A DNA stretch of 58,249 nucleotides, the filler included, from Sphacelaria rigidula (lineage: Eukaryota), in the NCBI GenBank assembly GCA_964200075.2. It is 3 parts of 3 records of this genome, joined end to end, with 100 filler letters (N's around TTAATTAATTAA, not from the genome) between each part and the next. Parts side by side here need not be neighbours in the genome. Positions count along the whole stretch, not along the records: positions 1 to 19,356 come from CAXNAA020000682.1; positions 19,457 to 38,810 come from CAXNAA020000683.1; 1 more part is not named here. One strand, written 5' to 3'. This document shows, in pieces, positions 1-21,353 of this stretch. Under the pieces are notes generated by a model. That model saw only the letters and a list, made by a program, of their open reading frames with translations. It was not told the origin of the DNA and ran no database searches. Within the stretch, counting starts at the first letter, position 1. Each line of letters opens with the position of its first letter. The translations under genes were made by a program, and so were the position numbers.

Positions 1-43
1 AGGGTGCCTGGGGTTTTTGTTTTTTGTTCTTGAGTTGAACCCC

Positions 44-374
44 TAACATGGTGGCCATACTACTCTCCTTGTGTCACCTGTCTTTTCCTGTTTTGACCTT
101 TATTATCTTCTCTCTTCATTTCTTTCGGTGTACACTTTTGACAGATTTGGCGTTTGTTTGTTTGTTTTTCGTTCTTTTCTCCCCCCGTTGAACTCGGGGG
201 AGCTACTTCTCACCGGTTTTCGTGGCGTTTCTCTTCTTATCCTTCTTTATTTTGGTAATGTGTCTGGTAAGGAATAGAAGAGACGGTATTGGAAAGGCGA
301 GCCCACGTCTGTGATCACGGGTTCGCGAGATCGGACTAATGGGCGGAAATAATAATAATGATAATAATGATAAT
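44..374 (+). mobile_element. SINE/LINE-like 3' end with (AAT/GAT)n tail
   Basis: Colinear with the reverse complement of about 53733-53980 (TAACATGGTGG..TACTCTCCT..GGTGTACACTTTT..GACGGTATTGGAAAG.CGAGCC..CACGGGTTCGCGAGATC); ends in an AAT microsatellite. Confidence 0.7.
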
Positions 375-600
375 TCGGGAACCGATCGGATCATGAGCTA
401 CCACCGCATTTGGCCCCTTACTCCATAATTCTTCGGTGCAGCGCTGGGCGCCGAGCACGGGAAGTAGCACAAAGGTAGCGCTTTGACTTCTCGGACCCTG
501 CGGTCACATAACTTGTGTTTTTGGACAAGTGATCTGAGAGTTCTCCTCGATGAGCTATTTTGGGCAGCTCATGAGCTGTCCGATGTGCGCCATTTTCCGT
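375..600. mobile_element. MITE-like dispersed repeat, copy A
   Basis: Reverse complement matches about 13800-14005 (CAGGGTCCGAGAAGTCAAAGCG.TACCTTT); inverted TCATGAGCT motifs near both ends. Confidence 0.6.
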
Positions 601-2434
601 CTTGTCTAGCATCTTAGAAGCCCAGAAAAAAGAGAATACAAAATCAAGCGAAAGCGCATTGATCTTGGAATCGAACAGTCAGAAACACGCAAGAGGGCGG
701 ACATAGTACTTACTGTCCCTAGTACACGGAGTCATCCGTATATATATTTTTCTTGTCTAAACCCATTAGCGACACCCATAGCTAAGAAAAGATAAGACAA
801 ACAAGAGGGGAAAGAGGCAGCAAAAAGTGATGTCGGAAATCAAGCAGTCAGAAGCGCTAAGCGGAGTGCTGTCTCAAGTATACACGCAGTCAAAATGATT
901 CCTTTAATCTTCCGTCTGCCAAGCTCTAGGGGACAGATACGTACCACAAAAAAAAAAGAAGGCATGCTTCGGGGTCACGGGGGTGATTGCCGTCACTGCG
1001 GTAAAATATATAACGCGGTCTGTCCCGACTGACCCACGTCGGCCGCTGTGCTGAGGTACAGTTAGACTTCAGTCAAGGCTCGAAGTGCTATTCCAAGTGG
1101 TGACGCACACACAACGACCGCTCACAAGTTCTACAGCCAGCATACAGCATACCCCATCAGACATGACGTCCACGTGACAACACAACAGGGGATACTGAAC
1201 AAAAGACTGACGCATTCTTGAATTCCTACTGACGCGCACTTTTAATATGTCAATGGAAACGTGTTGATTTCGAGGTGCTGTTTTTTAACGACATTTGGTT
1301 GATTGTTTGCAGCTTCCACGCAGCACTATTTTGCCCAAGGCGTGTTTCTCGGACCCGCGACCGCTTCTAACTGGCGGTGATTCGCGTAAAACTGTGTCGC
1401 ACCTCAACCCTTTTAGGTGTGGTGAGGGGGTTTCTGTGAGCTCGGCCATACTACTTTGTTTCTGTGATATGGCCAAGCACGTTTGCAAAGTGTTAGGCGG
1501 GTACGACCTCCGGACTGCAGCACAACAGTACTCTGATGGGGTACATTACGTGTATAGATGTGTGTCCCAGTGCCACACGGGACTCAGTGTATAGCAAATA
1601 TACAGGTGGTGCTGATTTTTTTGTATGCATTTCAGAGGCCGCGATGCTGGTTTTTCCTGTGTGCACAAAGTTCAACACACTTGACCCGCTGCGTCCCCTC
1701 ATCTGATGAAATTAATCCGACCGCACTTGGGCGAAATTTTTGGTGTGAGCATGACGTATGTCGATCGATTCTTCTGCGTCCTCCCGCCTTACAAGTGGTT
1801 GTTGTCGGTATTTCCTTTCTCTGTATCTTCTTCTTTGTCAGAGCTTGAAATGATGAGAAGTCTGGGCCCGCTGCCTCATCGTGGGTCGCAGAATGGATTA
1901 TCTAGGGTGATGACTGTTACTATGACCTACCTCTGTATGACCCGACCCGCTCACAAATAACCCCGGGCTAATCAACCCGAAGCGTACCCCCGGGCCTGTC
2001 ACCTTGGGACTGTCATCCTCCAATCCCCAGTCCGGGCTCGTCATATTCTCGTCCTGGAGGCTCCCTGTCCGGAGCCTTCCCTACCGGCCCACTCTGTGTC
2101 TCAACCAAAAACCTGACTTGCAAAGTCTGTCCTGTTCAAGTACACGTCGCGGCTCCGCACACTCCGTACCCTTTTCACCGAGTGAGGAGCTACAACCTAC
2201 TCACACACACCGTCCGGGTAGGATAAGTCGCACTCACTGTCCGACTGTCTTATGTGACAAATAATCGAAATACATATTTTTTTCTCGTAAATATAGGTGG
2301 CAGTACCGCCTAGGAAGGAGCAGGAGGAATATATTGTTATGTCCCAGCATCTCGCCATCGTGAACATATCGAGCTCCACATGCCCTCTCGGCCCGGCTGG
2401 GGATGCTGCGAAAACCTAGCGTACTAATGCTCAC

Positions 2435-5400
2435 CCCCATCTCGATGTCATCTTCCAGCTTAGCATCAGCTCCCTGCGAACCCTTCTTCTGTCTGGCCTT
2501 TCGCTTGTGCTTCATTTTCCTTACCCCACTGCGAACCCGTACCCAGTAGCGCCGTGCTCTGCATCCTCCTCGACGTTGAAACGTGGCCCCTGGGTCCGGC
2601 ATCGTGTCATCTTCCACCACCTTGTAGTTGGAAATTTACAAGGAATTTTTCAATTCGCAACCGTACAGTGAATGAATGTGCTTGTTAGCTGGCTTGTTGG
2701 CTAGCGATTTTAACGGGGAGAAAAAAACACAACAACATTGATCTTTCAGAAACAGGAGTTCGTGTTCGTGCTCGTGTTTGCATGTGCGTTCATGTGTGTC
2801 GTATACGCGAGAACTTCTCACGTGCTGTTTTTGTTGTGTTCACACTAAAAAGCTGTCCGGATATCTCCGCAGTACTGTTGGGCGTGAATTTTGTCGCTAC
2901 AGTGTTACTACTGTTGTTACTGTTGTCACTGTAATACACATGCATGATGCTTCACGCAACGGAAGCTTAGAAAGGATCGTTTACATTTCGGGGGGTTTGG
3001 GGTGTTAAAACGTACGAGTAGTGTTTTTTTAGTAAAATAATAGCACTTTCGTCCTGATTATTTAGGGAAAACACGAATAAAAAACATAGTTGATGTGCGG
3101 ATTTTCTGTCGGACATTTGACTCTTCCATCATGATCGCAGGTCGTGGTCACAAGATAGGTCGCTGACTACTTGGTCCAGTGATAAATCTCCCTCTCCCGT
3201 AAAAGTGGACCCGAGTTCAATTCTCGGTGCGATCGCTCCTTCATTCTCATGAGTAGAGGAAAGATATTTTCCACTGTCGTGAAAAGACGTGAGGGGAACT
3301 GGATTTTGTTCCAGCGTTTGCGAGGAGCAACCCGGAGGATCGGGTCGAGATGGCTTTCGAGCATAAAACACACTCCTCTGGTTCGTTAGAGAGGTTTTCA
3401 CCACTAGACCAAGCGGTCAGCGCTGCCTACTTGGTCTAGTGGTGAAAACCCCTCTAAAGAACCATCTACGACGAACCCAGGTCGTGGTCAAAAGATAGGG
3501 AGCACGTATGCAATATATAAAAAAACGGAAACAAAAACACTCGCCGAAGGAAACGCGAGAACACCAAGGGAAGCAAGCGATGCACAAGAAATCGACCGTG
3601 TTCGACGTCCTCTGGAGAGCATATGGGAGCAATCCACCATCGACAAACACCAAATTCGGTCAAGGTTTGCAGCAAGTGCCCTTCCATCACGAAGAGACGC
3701 TACTACCCTGAACTATTTTGTTCTTCTGATGACGCCATCGTATCGGAGTAGGCGCGTCCGACCTTAGCTCGTCCAGGACGCCTCGGTTTAGCAGGAAACC
3801 TCCTTTTGAAATGAGGAGAAGACAACAAGGAAAAGGCTGTGACTTTCTCTTGTCGATCTCGTCCTTCGACAGCGACCCGCCGGGTCTGTACTGTAACAGC
3901 GACGCCCTCACGATAAGGAACATGGCTCGTATAAAAATCATCGCTTCACTTGCCATTCGGTTGTTTCAATATAGTGGGCCCAAATTGCCCATTTTACGCC
4001 GACATACATCATGTTATGATAATGAAACCAGTTATGTGCGCGCCCCGATTATGCCAGATGGTGAATATCACATTGTCAGCCCGAATGCATGGCGTGAGAA
4101 TCACGTCACGGGTAAGGATCGCGAAGGCGGGGACCCAAGTGCCGTTTTGTGGCAAACTCCACCGCGTTTGTGTTTGGGGATTGTCAAGAGAGTAACGAAC
4201 GCGGGTACGCGTAGACCGACGGAGAGGCTCAGCTCACGCCGGCGTGATAAGCCTCTCCCATGAGTATGGCGATGTACGAAGCGTCGGCAGGATGGACAAC
4301 AACATCTGGTGACGGTATGTATCGGGTCGTGAGGGAATCTTCATCACTCGACACAAGAGGGGTCACTCGAGGTTGTGTTGATTCCACCCTTCGCCGCAGG
4401 GTGTGCGGGTTTTCAGGATCCTCTGATGAAGTGCCGCGAGGTATTTTTTTTGTACGGGTGCGTTGGAGCTATACTCACGGAAAATGACAAATTCATGCGG
4501 ACGAAGGTACGAGTAGTGTTCCACGAAGTTGTTACTACTGCGTGGGGCAATCCAGGTAACCCTACAATTCCACCCCTAGGTATACCCGGCGTCTCATCCG
4601 TACAGTCCTGGAGTACCGGGTACTGAACTGGAAGGTACTTTGAATATCCGAAAACACCCCCCCTGAAAAAATAATCGAGCCCTATTCCTACTCCTCCAGA
4701 AACACACATGATCGATGTGATCGTAATTTTCACCCCGACGTTGTCTGCGCTAAAATTTTGGCGCAAATTCCGGCATTTAATCGCTTTCAGGCGATTTCGG
4801 GTGCTTGCCATGTGCTGCTGTGGTGGCGGCGAGGGGTCGAGCCACCCTCTCGTGCTGTCACATGTTTTCCACAAGAATTGGAGTACGATTCGACCGCCTC
4901 ATATACTGCAAGCAACAGACGGGAAATGCACGATGACGACGCGGAACCATCAACAGACGGGGGATGATGGTGCCCAGCACGAGTCAAGGATCGAAAGCTA
5001 TACCCGCAGTCTTCTCGCCGATCATATTTGGCATCCAGCCCATTGTGGAGATCACGATAAATATGAGAAAACGCCTCGCATTTTGTTGTTCCGAGACATG
5101 CAGTGAACTTGCTTCAAAACAGAGTTGGACCACGAGGAAAAACTGAAGAAAGGAGAAGGATATACGAGTACTGAAGATAGAGCATACTGTCTTTAGTGTC
5201 CCGGAAGTGTTCAAGTTTTCGGCGTACCATAAACTGACAGTACGAGTAGCGTCACAGCACTGGTCTGCCCTGACAAGACATCCCCACTGTGAGTTGAGAG
5301 TGTTGTGCAACGCCAAACAGTCCCGTGCAGTACCGTCGGCGTACAACAAAGGGACAGCACAGACAGTAAATGCAACAGTGCTTCCTACACCCACTCAACA

Positions 5401-6270
5401 GGGCATGTGCTACAGGCGTAGTTGGTACAAGTAGGGTGGTAAACTACGTACATGAGAAGATGATCTCTCTGTAAGCAGAGCATGAGACCGGACGATAAGG
5501 AGAAGCACATCAACATTTTCTCCCACAGGGGTTTCGATTGATCATCGCACCACAATTGATCCCTCGATCCCCCAGGGATCCAGCCGCGGCCATATGATAG
5601 AAGTACCCGAGATGTAGACAAGAAGGCAACACTCGCTGAAGAGAAGTGAAGCACAGTCGGTGAAGTAGAAAAGTGGAAGGTTAAACAGATAGCGTAGACC
5701 CCAAGAAGAAAAGATACATATATATATATATCCCCCACATCACCAGTCAGTCACCTGCACAAGAACGAACGTACTGACCGCACCGTGCTGGAGGTTAGGG
5801 TGCACCTCTCAGGAGAGAGTGGTCGGTTGCGCACGTTTATGCAGCCAAAGATAGGATTCCATCAGGGTTTCATATACGTGCATAGAGGGCTCAAAATGTC
5901 CGACGGAAGTCCCCTAAGTCGGACAAGGAACAGGAACAGAAAACTTTCGAAAAGAAGCAGTAGTTGCTGTCGCTGCGCTCAGCGAGCGACAACGAACCTG
6001 CACTGCGCATATGACCTCCAGGTACCTGAAATGTCTCCCTCTCTGTTGCATGATAGTGTTGCGGGAAACAAAACGGAATATCGTGTACACTGCCATTTGT
6101 GAGCACGTAGAGACACCGACATTCGTCCCCCTACCCATCCTCGACTTCCTCCCTTGTGTGCACACCTGCTCTTCTTGGCGCCATTGCGCGAAGAGCGCTC
6201 CACTTCCAAGCACTGCCAAATGCACCAAAGTCGTCGTCAACACTAGAACCATCGGAGCGCCCGCGCGCAT
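2435..6270 (-). CDS. Tentative membrane protein of unknown family; candidate exons 6270-6166, 6025-5998, 5635-5448, 5142-5004, ... 2620-2435
   Basis: ATG plus hydrophobic segment (MRAGAPMVLVLTTTLVHLAVLGSGALF). The first four exons chain in phase with GT-AG sites, two with strong pyrimidine-rich acceptors, and there are further hydrophobic stretches. No recognisable domain. Confidence 0.35.
3379..3464. repeat. Near-perfect inverted repeat (35-bp arms, 16-nt spacer)
   Basis: TGGTTCGTTAGAGAGGTTTTCACCACTAGACCAAG versus CTTGGTCTAGTGGTGAAAACCCCTCTAAAGAACCA, 2 mismatches. Confidence 0.9.
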
Positions 6271-6914
6271 GAGCTGCGTTGAGTCGTCAGGTTCTCGCCT
6301 TTTATCCCTCCACCTGCAACCAATGACTCGTCCCTCTTCCGTGTTGCTGTTGCTGTTGCTACTACTCCTGTCTACGCTCGACGCGTGGAGCAGATTCCGG
6401 GGCAACAACGTATGAACGTGGACGAGATGGATTCAAAAGGGCGACGAGTGACCAACGTGTGCGTGTGTTTTCGACTTTCGTTCCCCGTTTTTGTTCCCGT
6501 CTCCTGCCGTGTGGACAGCGCAAACGAGACTAGAACTCAGCAAAGACGCCCTTATCCCTCTTTTTCAAGAGGAGGGCGTTGTTGCCGACGCGATTGCGCG
6601 CTAGTGGTGCTCCGCTGAGGGCAGAGTAAACATGCTATTCAACAACAAATAAGTACGTGTACAGCTATGAGAACGGGAGGCAGGTACAAGGAAGGATTCA
6701 TAACAGTTCAGTTTTTTAAGTTCAGGTGTCACTGCAATATGACTATAGTATACAGCTATTCCGGAGAAATTATTCTCTACCGTGGTTTGGAGTTACTCTT
6801 TTACCTCTAGAGCTTTGTAGATACTCACGGGGTCTTTTTTTCATCTCATGCACATGAATGTACATAACACTTGATTAAGTTGTTGTTTTTCATATTTCGT
6901 GGAGAGTATGCGGA

Positions 6915-7093
6915 AATAATAATAATAAATAACAATAACAATAATAACAATAACAATAATAATAACAATAATAATAATAACAATAATAATAACAATAATA
7001 ATAACAATAATAATAACAATAATAATAACAATAATAATAATAATAATGATAATAATGATAATAATGATAATAATGATAATGATAATAATGATA
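6915..7093. repeat. Compound (AAT/AAC/GAT)n microsatellite
   Basis: Read directly; about 60 trinucleotide units. Confidence 0.97.
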
Positions 7094-8248
7094 CTGTACG
7101 ACGTAGTACAATTCAACGAACGGGACTTGAAACAAGACATCGAAAAAAAGCAAAAGTGATGGTGAATAACTAAGTACAAGGACGAAGATAACGCCATGCC
7201 GCGAAACTCAGCAGCACACTCCGTCCCCCACACAACACCTCGTTGTCTTCGCTTGGGAACTGCAGGTGAGAATTATGAACAACACCAGGCTGCCGTATAC
7301 TCGACATAATCCATGGATCCTTCGACGGTCGTTTATTTTAATTCGTTCTTCATCACCTCTTGTGTTCTGACATTCAAATAACAAACGCGTATTGCCTCGT
7401 CCCTCACCACGCACGCGTGTATTTTCTTCTAGTTTCTTGTATGGGGGAAAGATCGATGGTGCACAATTGGTGCCGCGTTTTGTACTGCTTGTCTACAAAA
7501 TGGTGTACACGCGAATACTACTCTCACGAAGCCGTCCCCGCAAACACTGATTGCACGGGGCATCCGTTGAACTTGAAGCAAGTCAGACGTCATGCTGTAA
7601 TCCGATCCTCGTCTCCAGGTCGCCCAAATCTGCAGCCGCGCTGCTGCTCTAGTTTAGTGGACTTCGTTTTTCTTTGATGTTCTGCTGTCGTCGGATTTTT
7701 TATTTCTGGAGTAACACGGGGTGTTGTGCCATTTACTATTTTCCAGTGTCCGAGAGGGCTGTGGCGGCACGTGTGCCGAGACGTCGGTATTGGAGAGTGG
7801 ATTCGGACTCTCGGGGTGTTGAGGTGTCTGATGTCACAACGAACATCACACCGCTAGTCTCCGTGAACAGCGTTGGGTGAAGGAAAAAGATTCGCGCCTG
7901 AAAAAACGATGGCCTTTGTTGACGGCGTATCGTCAGATACAGCCAAAACAACCGTACAGTCAGTTCTGAGTGAGGTAGTGGAGTGCGTCTGTCTCGGAAA
8001 TCCCTCTAGGTGGACGAATAAAACCAGGCTACTACTCTTTCGCCTAGTCCACGTACGCCGTTTCTCCAGCCCGATAAGTTGAAACCAAACGTTACAAACA
8101 CATTTCTCAAGCCTCAGGACGCCTCTCAAAATTCTTCCCGCCCCCTGTTTGCTGTACTTCGTGCCACCGTGGATCCCCAGATAAGCCAAGACTAGACGGC
8201 ACACCTCAGCCCCTTCGATCTCCATCAACCGATTTTTTTGCCTCAAAA

Positions 8249-16724
<8,476 letters not shown>

Positions 16725-19356
16725 AACATTGTTTTTTCGGGGGCAAGGGAGGGAAAGTTTTTCTGTCATCTCGAAGGGTAAAGGCTGTATAGTAATGAGG
16801 GCAGTTTTGAACGTTTTGGTAGTTGTTTTGGTTGGTCAAGGCATCATGGTGTCCGGTGTGATGAAATATATTGATGTCGCATCGCATGTTGGTACTCGAA
16901 GAAGCATAGAGACTGCTGACTTGCGTTGCTCCCATGTCGGGTACTTGATTTTCATGTACGTTTGCGCGTTCGATGCGGTACATCGTTTATATCTTCGTTC
17001 GCAAAGCCCCTGTTGGTTAGAATCAAGCTGATCTTTGATGTTGAGCTTTTTTTGTTACCGGTGAGAATCGTTTTGCGGCCAACCCGGCTGTCGTGCGACA
17101 GCACTTGGCATGTGAGATTCAGTACCCAACATCAATAGCCTATGATGTTTTGGGAGACGGGAGACAACGACGACATTTGAGCGGTAGGCGGAATGAAACG
17201 GACAGGGACTGTTGTGGGGGAAAATGACGTTTTTTTGTCCGGTGGCTCCGCTGCGTGAACTGTAGGGTACTTCCTGCGATGATATCAGCCGCATCACTTG
17301 TAGTACACATCGGGGCTTTTTGCTTTCGCAGCCCCTGCTTGCGGCGGTGTGAGTGAACCTATGTCCGAACTTTGTTTTTTTTTCAACAGACGCGTAGGAA
17401 GTTTTACTGGTACACGGAATTCGTGGATATGCATGGAATGAGTTGAGAACTGGTTGTGGTGGTGTGTATCGATATTCGCGTCCACCACCAAGGAACGAGT
17501 GGACGCGATCAGTGCTGGTGGTTTATTGTGTCACTGTGTTGCGAGACGAGAAAGCAAAGAAACAAGCTGTCCGGTCCGACAGCAGGGATGACAATTCCTG
17601 TTTCACGGTGTGCATATGAGATAGGTTGGTGTCCTTCAGGGTGAGTGTTGGCAATCCTGTTGGGGTAGAGTACTGCAAAGAACCACCGACGGACATTTTC
17701 CGTGAACAAGAACGTCGTGATACTGGTGTGCGGCAGAAATATAGTTTGTATCGTGTCACTCGGGCGTGCGTGTACAGTCATCAGACGTCCAGTGTTTTGT
17801 ATTGAAAAGGTTTCCATCACCAGGTACCTCCATGTTCCGCGGCATGTGCCTGTACCGACTAGTAATGTGACGTCCAGTGTCCGCCGAAGTAGACGGATAT
17901 CGAGCTATCACTTCACGTCAAGGCATGCATCCCTGGTTGCTTCGCCCCACCTCGGGGTGAAAATCAGTAGCCCATCACGAAAGACGAATACGTCGTAGCT
18001 CATTCTACTCTGGATCAGTTAGTTTTTCGGTGTGCCCCATCAAAGCTTTTCCCTACAGCAAAAAAAGATGAATGCAGTAATGAGTACACACATCACCATG
18101 TATATTGTTTGTTTCTAGACTTGATTTTTTATAATACCATACAGTACTCTTCGGCTTGGCCTGTGATTGAGGAAGATTTTCGCATGTCGGTATGATCGGA
18201 ACGGTTTTCAATGTACAGCCAACAAGAACTTGTAACGCCGAGAACGAACAAGTTGTCACTCTCAAAGGACGTATGCGAGACGGAGCCGGGCGAACACGTG
18301 ACGACACATTTTGAGAGGGTGGACATCGAGAGGAAAAACAGCAGCAAGAACGTATCCCTGTGAAGCAGGCCACACCTTCTCTCATCGCCTGCTTCCGCGG
18401 ACAGCTTAGTTGAGTACCATCCCCACGAGCTATCGTTGTACACAGTCACTTCCTGGACTCGAGCCCTCCTTCAGCCGTGAGTTGCGCGGCATGTGCCCCG
18501 TTGGCCGTAACACACCCATCTTTTCCCGTGGTACACACATGCTAGCATGAATAGGTAAAAACATGATGACTCTAAACCAACCCATGGTAAGGAGCTTGTA
18601 ATGTAAGTCCAGCGCTTCGAGCTGCCGTATCCCGAAAAGATGCGCGACGGGCCTTGACTTGTCTCGAGCCCCTCAACACAAGATGCGGGGGAACAGGGTG
18701 TAATATGAAGCCATATTGAGGTTTCCAGCGCTCCGCCTCTACTTAAAGTTGACAAGAGGGACTTTTCTTGGCTCGAAATCGTGCTTCCATTCCGTCTTGA
18801 GGGAGACGAGAGGATGAGGTCCTTACGAAAGTCTGTCATTCAAACCCGATTTCACCATCCCCAAACAGCCTCCATCCTCGACCGTTTTCGATCAATTAGA
18901 AGTGTGGCATCATACTCTGCGATCGTGTACATGTATATTTGAGGAACCGTATAGAGAGGCGTCAACGCGCGAACGAAAAGATGGAGGACTTAGTGGTCAC
19001 GGTCAGCCCCATTCCTAACCCGAACATGGATGGTATTAGCCCTTGGGTACAGGCTGAGATCCACCCTAGAGGTGGTGCATCCATTGCTGGAAGAGGAAAG
19101 TGTTGCTGCGGGCAGCGGGGGTCAGGTGCCGTTGTTTTGCGCCTGGATGGTGCTCCCACTAAGGACGAATCGCGGGTCATGATGCCAATGCACTGGTGGT
19201 CCTCTCGAACCACACGGCTGTACACCAGATCGATACATCCTTGCTCCTCTCGCACGTGCACCTGGAATCATCACACCAAATTTTCGCAACAAACAGCGGA
19301 TCATCTGTGTTGAGGATGGAGATTTTCATTTAGGATAAGAACCCGGAGGATTAAAA

Positions 19357-19456
19357 NNNNNNNNNNNNNNNNNNNNNNNNNNNNNNNNNNNNNNNNNNNN
19401 TTAATTAATTAANNNNNNNNNNNNNNNNNNNNNNNNNNNNNNNNNNNNNNNNNNNN
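19357..19456. other. Assembly gap linker N44-TTAATTAATTAA-N44
   Basis: Exactly 100 nt with a six-frame stop linker; identical to the second gap. Confidence 0.97.
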
Positions 19457-20129
19457 AAGTGTGGGGAAAGCACTGTTTTAGGCTTGAGCCTCATCTCGAA
19501 GTTAAACCTCAATTCTCACAATTTGTTGTTTTCTACTGTTTACCTTTGGTGATAACAGTGTGCTGGGCGAGCAAGGGAATGAAAAGTGAGAGTTACAAGA
19601 CATCAAGTCTTCGAGCTCCTTTTGTCTCTTTGATACTGTTAACCAACAGTCGCGTGAATCTGTGTGTGAAACACATATCTGCAGCTTGTTCTACTCGGAC
19701 ATATTGCACCTTGTGCATCTCACCAAGCTTGCAGTGCATTGATCTATCAAAGAAGGTGTGTGGAGTTCTGTCCATACTCATCCATATTACAGTAGCTTGA
19801 TTTATTTCTTCGTCTGCGCTTAGTTTTTGGAGTGAATGCAAATGTCTCCAAAGAAGTGCTATGGTCACGAAGGTCAGGATGTCGGAAGATTCGACGATGT
19901 CGACCCTTTTTGGCCTGAGATTTGGATGGAACAGACTTCCGCAACGGGGAGAGTGATATAGGACTGGGGGCGAAACGACCAGGAGGTACTCTATCCTGGA
20001 CAAACTGGGATTTTTACATGATATATTTGTGGAGTTTGAGCATGGCTGAAGACGTTTTTATTTTGTGTCAGACTGGTATTTTTCCTTTCCAGTTTTCAAC
20101 AGTATAGGTTTTCAGGTCACGACTGAGCC

Positions 20130-20620
20130 GTGGGCAGGGGGGCTGATCGAATATGCTCACCCTCAGTTATGAACGGGAACGATGTAAGATATCGTGCAGT
20201 ACAAGCAGCATCAACCGTGCTGACTGAGACTGCGGAGGATTTTCATAGCCAATCAGGCGAATAGTGTCTAATGACGAAGGTTATGCAAGTACAATACATT
20301 TGCGGTACAGGCAACTGACTCGCTCTCCGTCGGTCAGTCAGGTTTGGTGCCGCTGCCAACGTGCCCTGCTCTGGGGGTTTGCATGAGTGTGTGTGGTGAG
20401 TGTGTGTGACTTATTGATTGAGAGGGATTGAGTGTGTGCTATTGTGTGAGAGAGTGAGATTGGCTGAGAGACGCAGGGTTTGACCAGAGAAAATCGAAGC
20501 GTTATACAATATTGTTATCTACATTGACTGAACCAGGCTAATGGCCATTGTTCAAGATCACCTGAGTTGTGTGGACGACTACCTCCGCATCAGTGCGGCT
20601 TCCCACACTTTTGTATCGTC
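20130..20620 (+). mobile_element. Possible PPT plus LTR remnant
   Basis: Purine tract GGGCAGGGGGG followed closely by TGATCGAA..., then a GT/GA-rich LTR-like stretch. No partner LTR seen. Confidence 0.25.
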
Positions 20621-21353
20621 AAGGCAACTTCTGTCAAAATTCTATTACCCCAAGTAATACCGGCAAACCTGAGACGCCTAATTCAACTCAGCCTGTGGTA
20701 GTCGATAATAGATCGCAGCGCGATGGTCATCACCTCTGAATATGGCTTCGCTTGACGCCCCAAGTCCACTTGGAGGCAACGTACCAAAGCGAGGAAAAAA
20801 GTATTGTTTTTTTTTTCTACACATGTATCGCAGCTTCCACCATATGTCTACCGAGAAAGAGGACACAAGCAGGAGAGTACTGGTAGGGGAAAACAAGTTG
20901 ACGCACGAGGGAAGCCTGCGTGCGCCCAGAAAGCCGCCTGCAAGCTTGCCAAACACCATAGAACCACAGCGTCGTACTGTCCACCTCCCATATGTACCCT
21001 ACCACACATCCCGATGTTACAAGCCCAATCCTTGGCACCCGCGTTTCCACGGCCAGGTACATACCACAAAGAGGTGTTCAGACTGCCGGTTGCTACGAAT
21101 ATACCGGTTCTTTATTTAGGGTCAGCCCTAGATCTTACTAAAATCTGTCGTGATTCCCGCATCTCGATACTATACACTATGCGGCAGCTTTACTGACGAC
21201 GCTTGCTTTTCCTCCTGGCTATGCCTAGCTTATCGTTCGGAAGCTAACTCGGAGCCACGGACAAGAGGACGCTTTGTCATCAGATCTAGATGTCGACAAA
21301 ATGGTTGTGCAACAGTGCCACGCTCATTTGGAATAGCTTAGGTTGGTAATCAC

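Noticed and set aside
6841-7233. Poly-N/I/L/Y ORFs
   Set aside because: These are translations of the AAT microsatellite.
19401-19412. TTAATTAATTAA motif within Ns (also at 38855-38866)
   Set aside because: Artificial six-frame stop linker from scaffolding.
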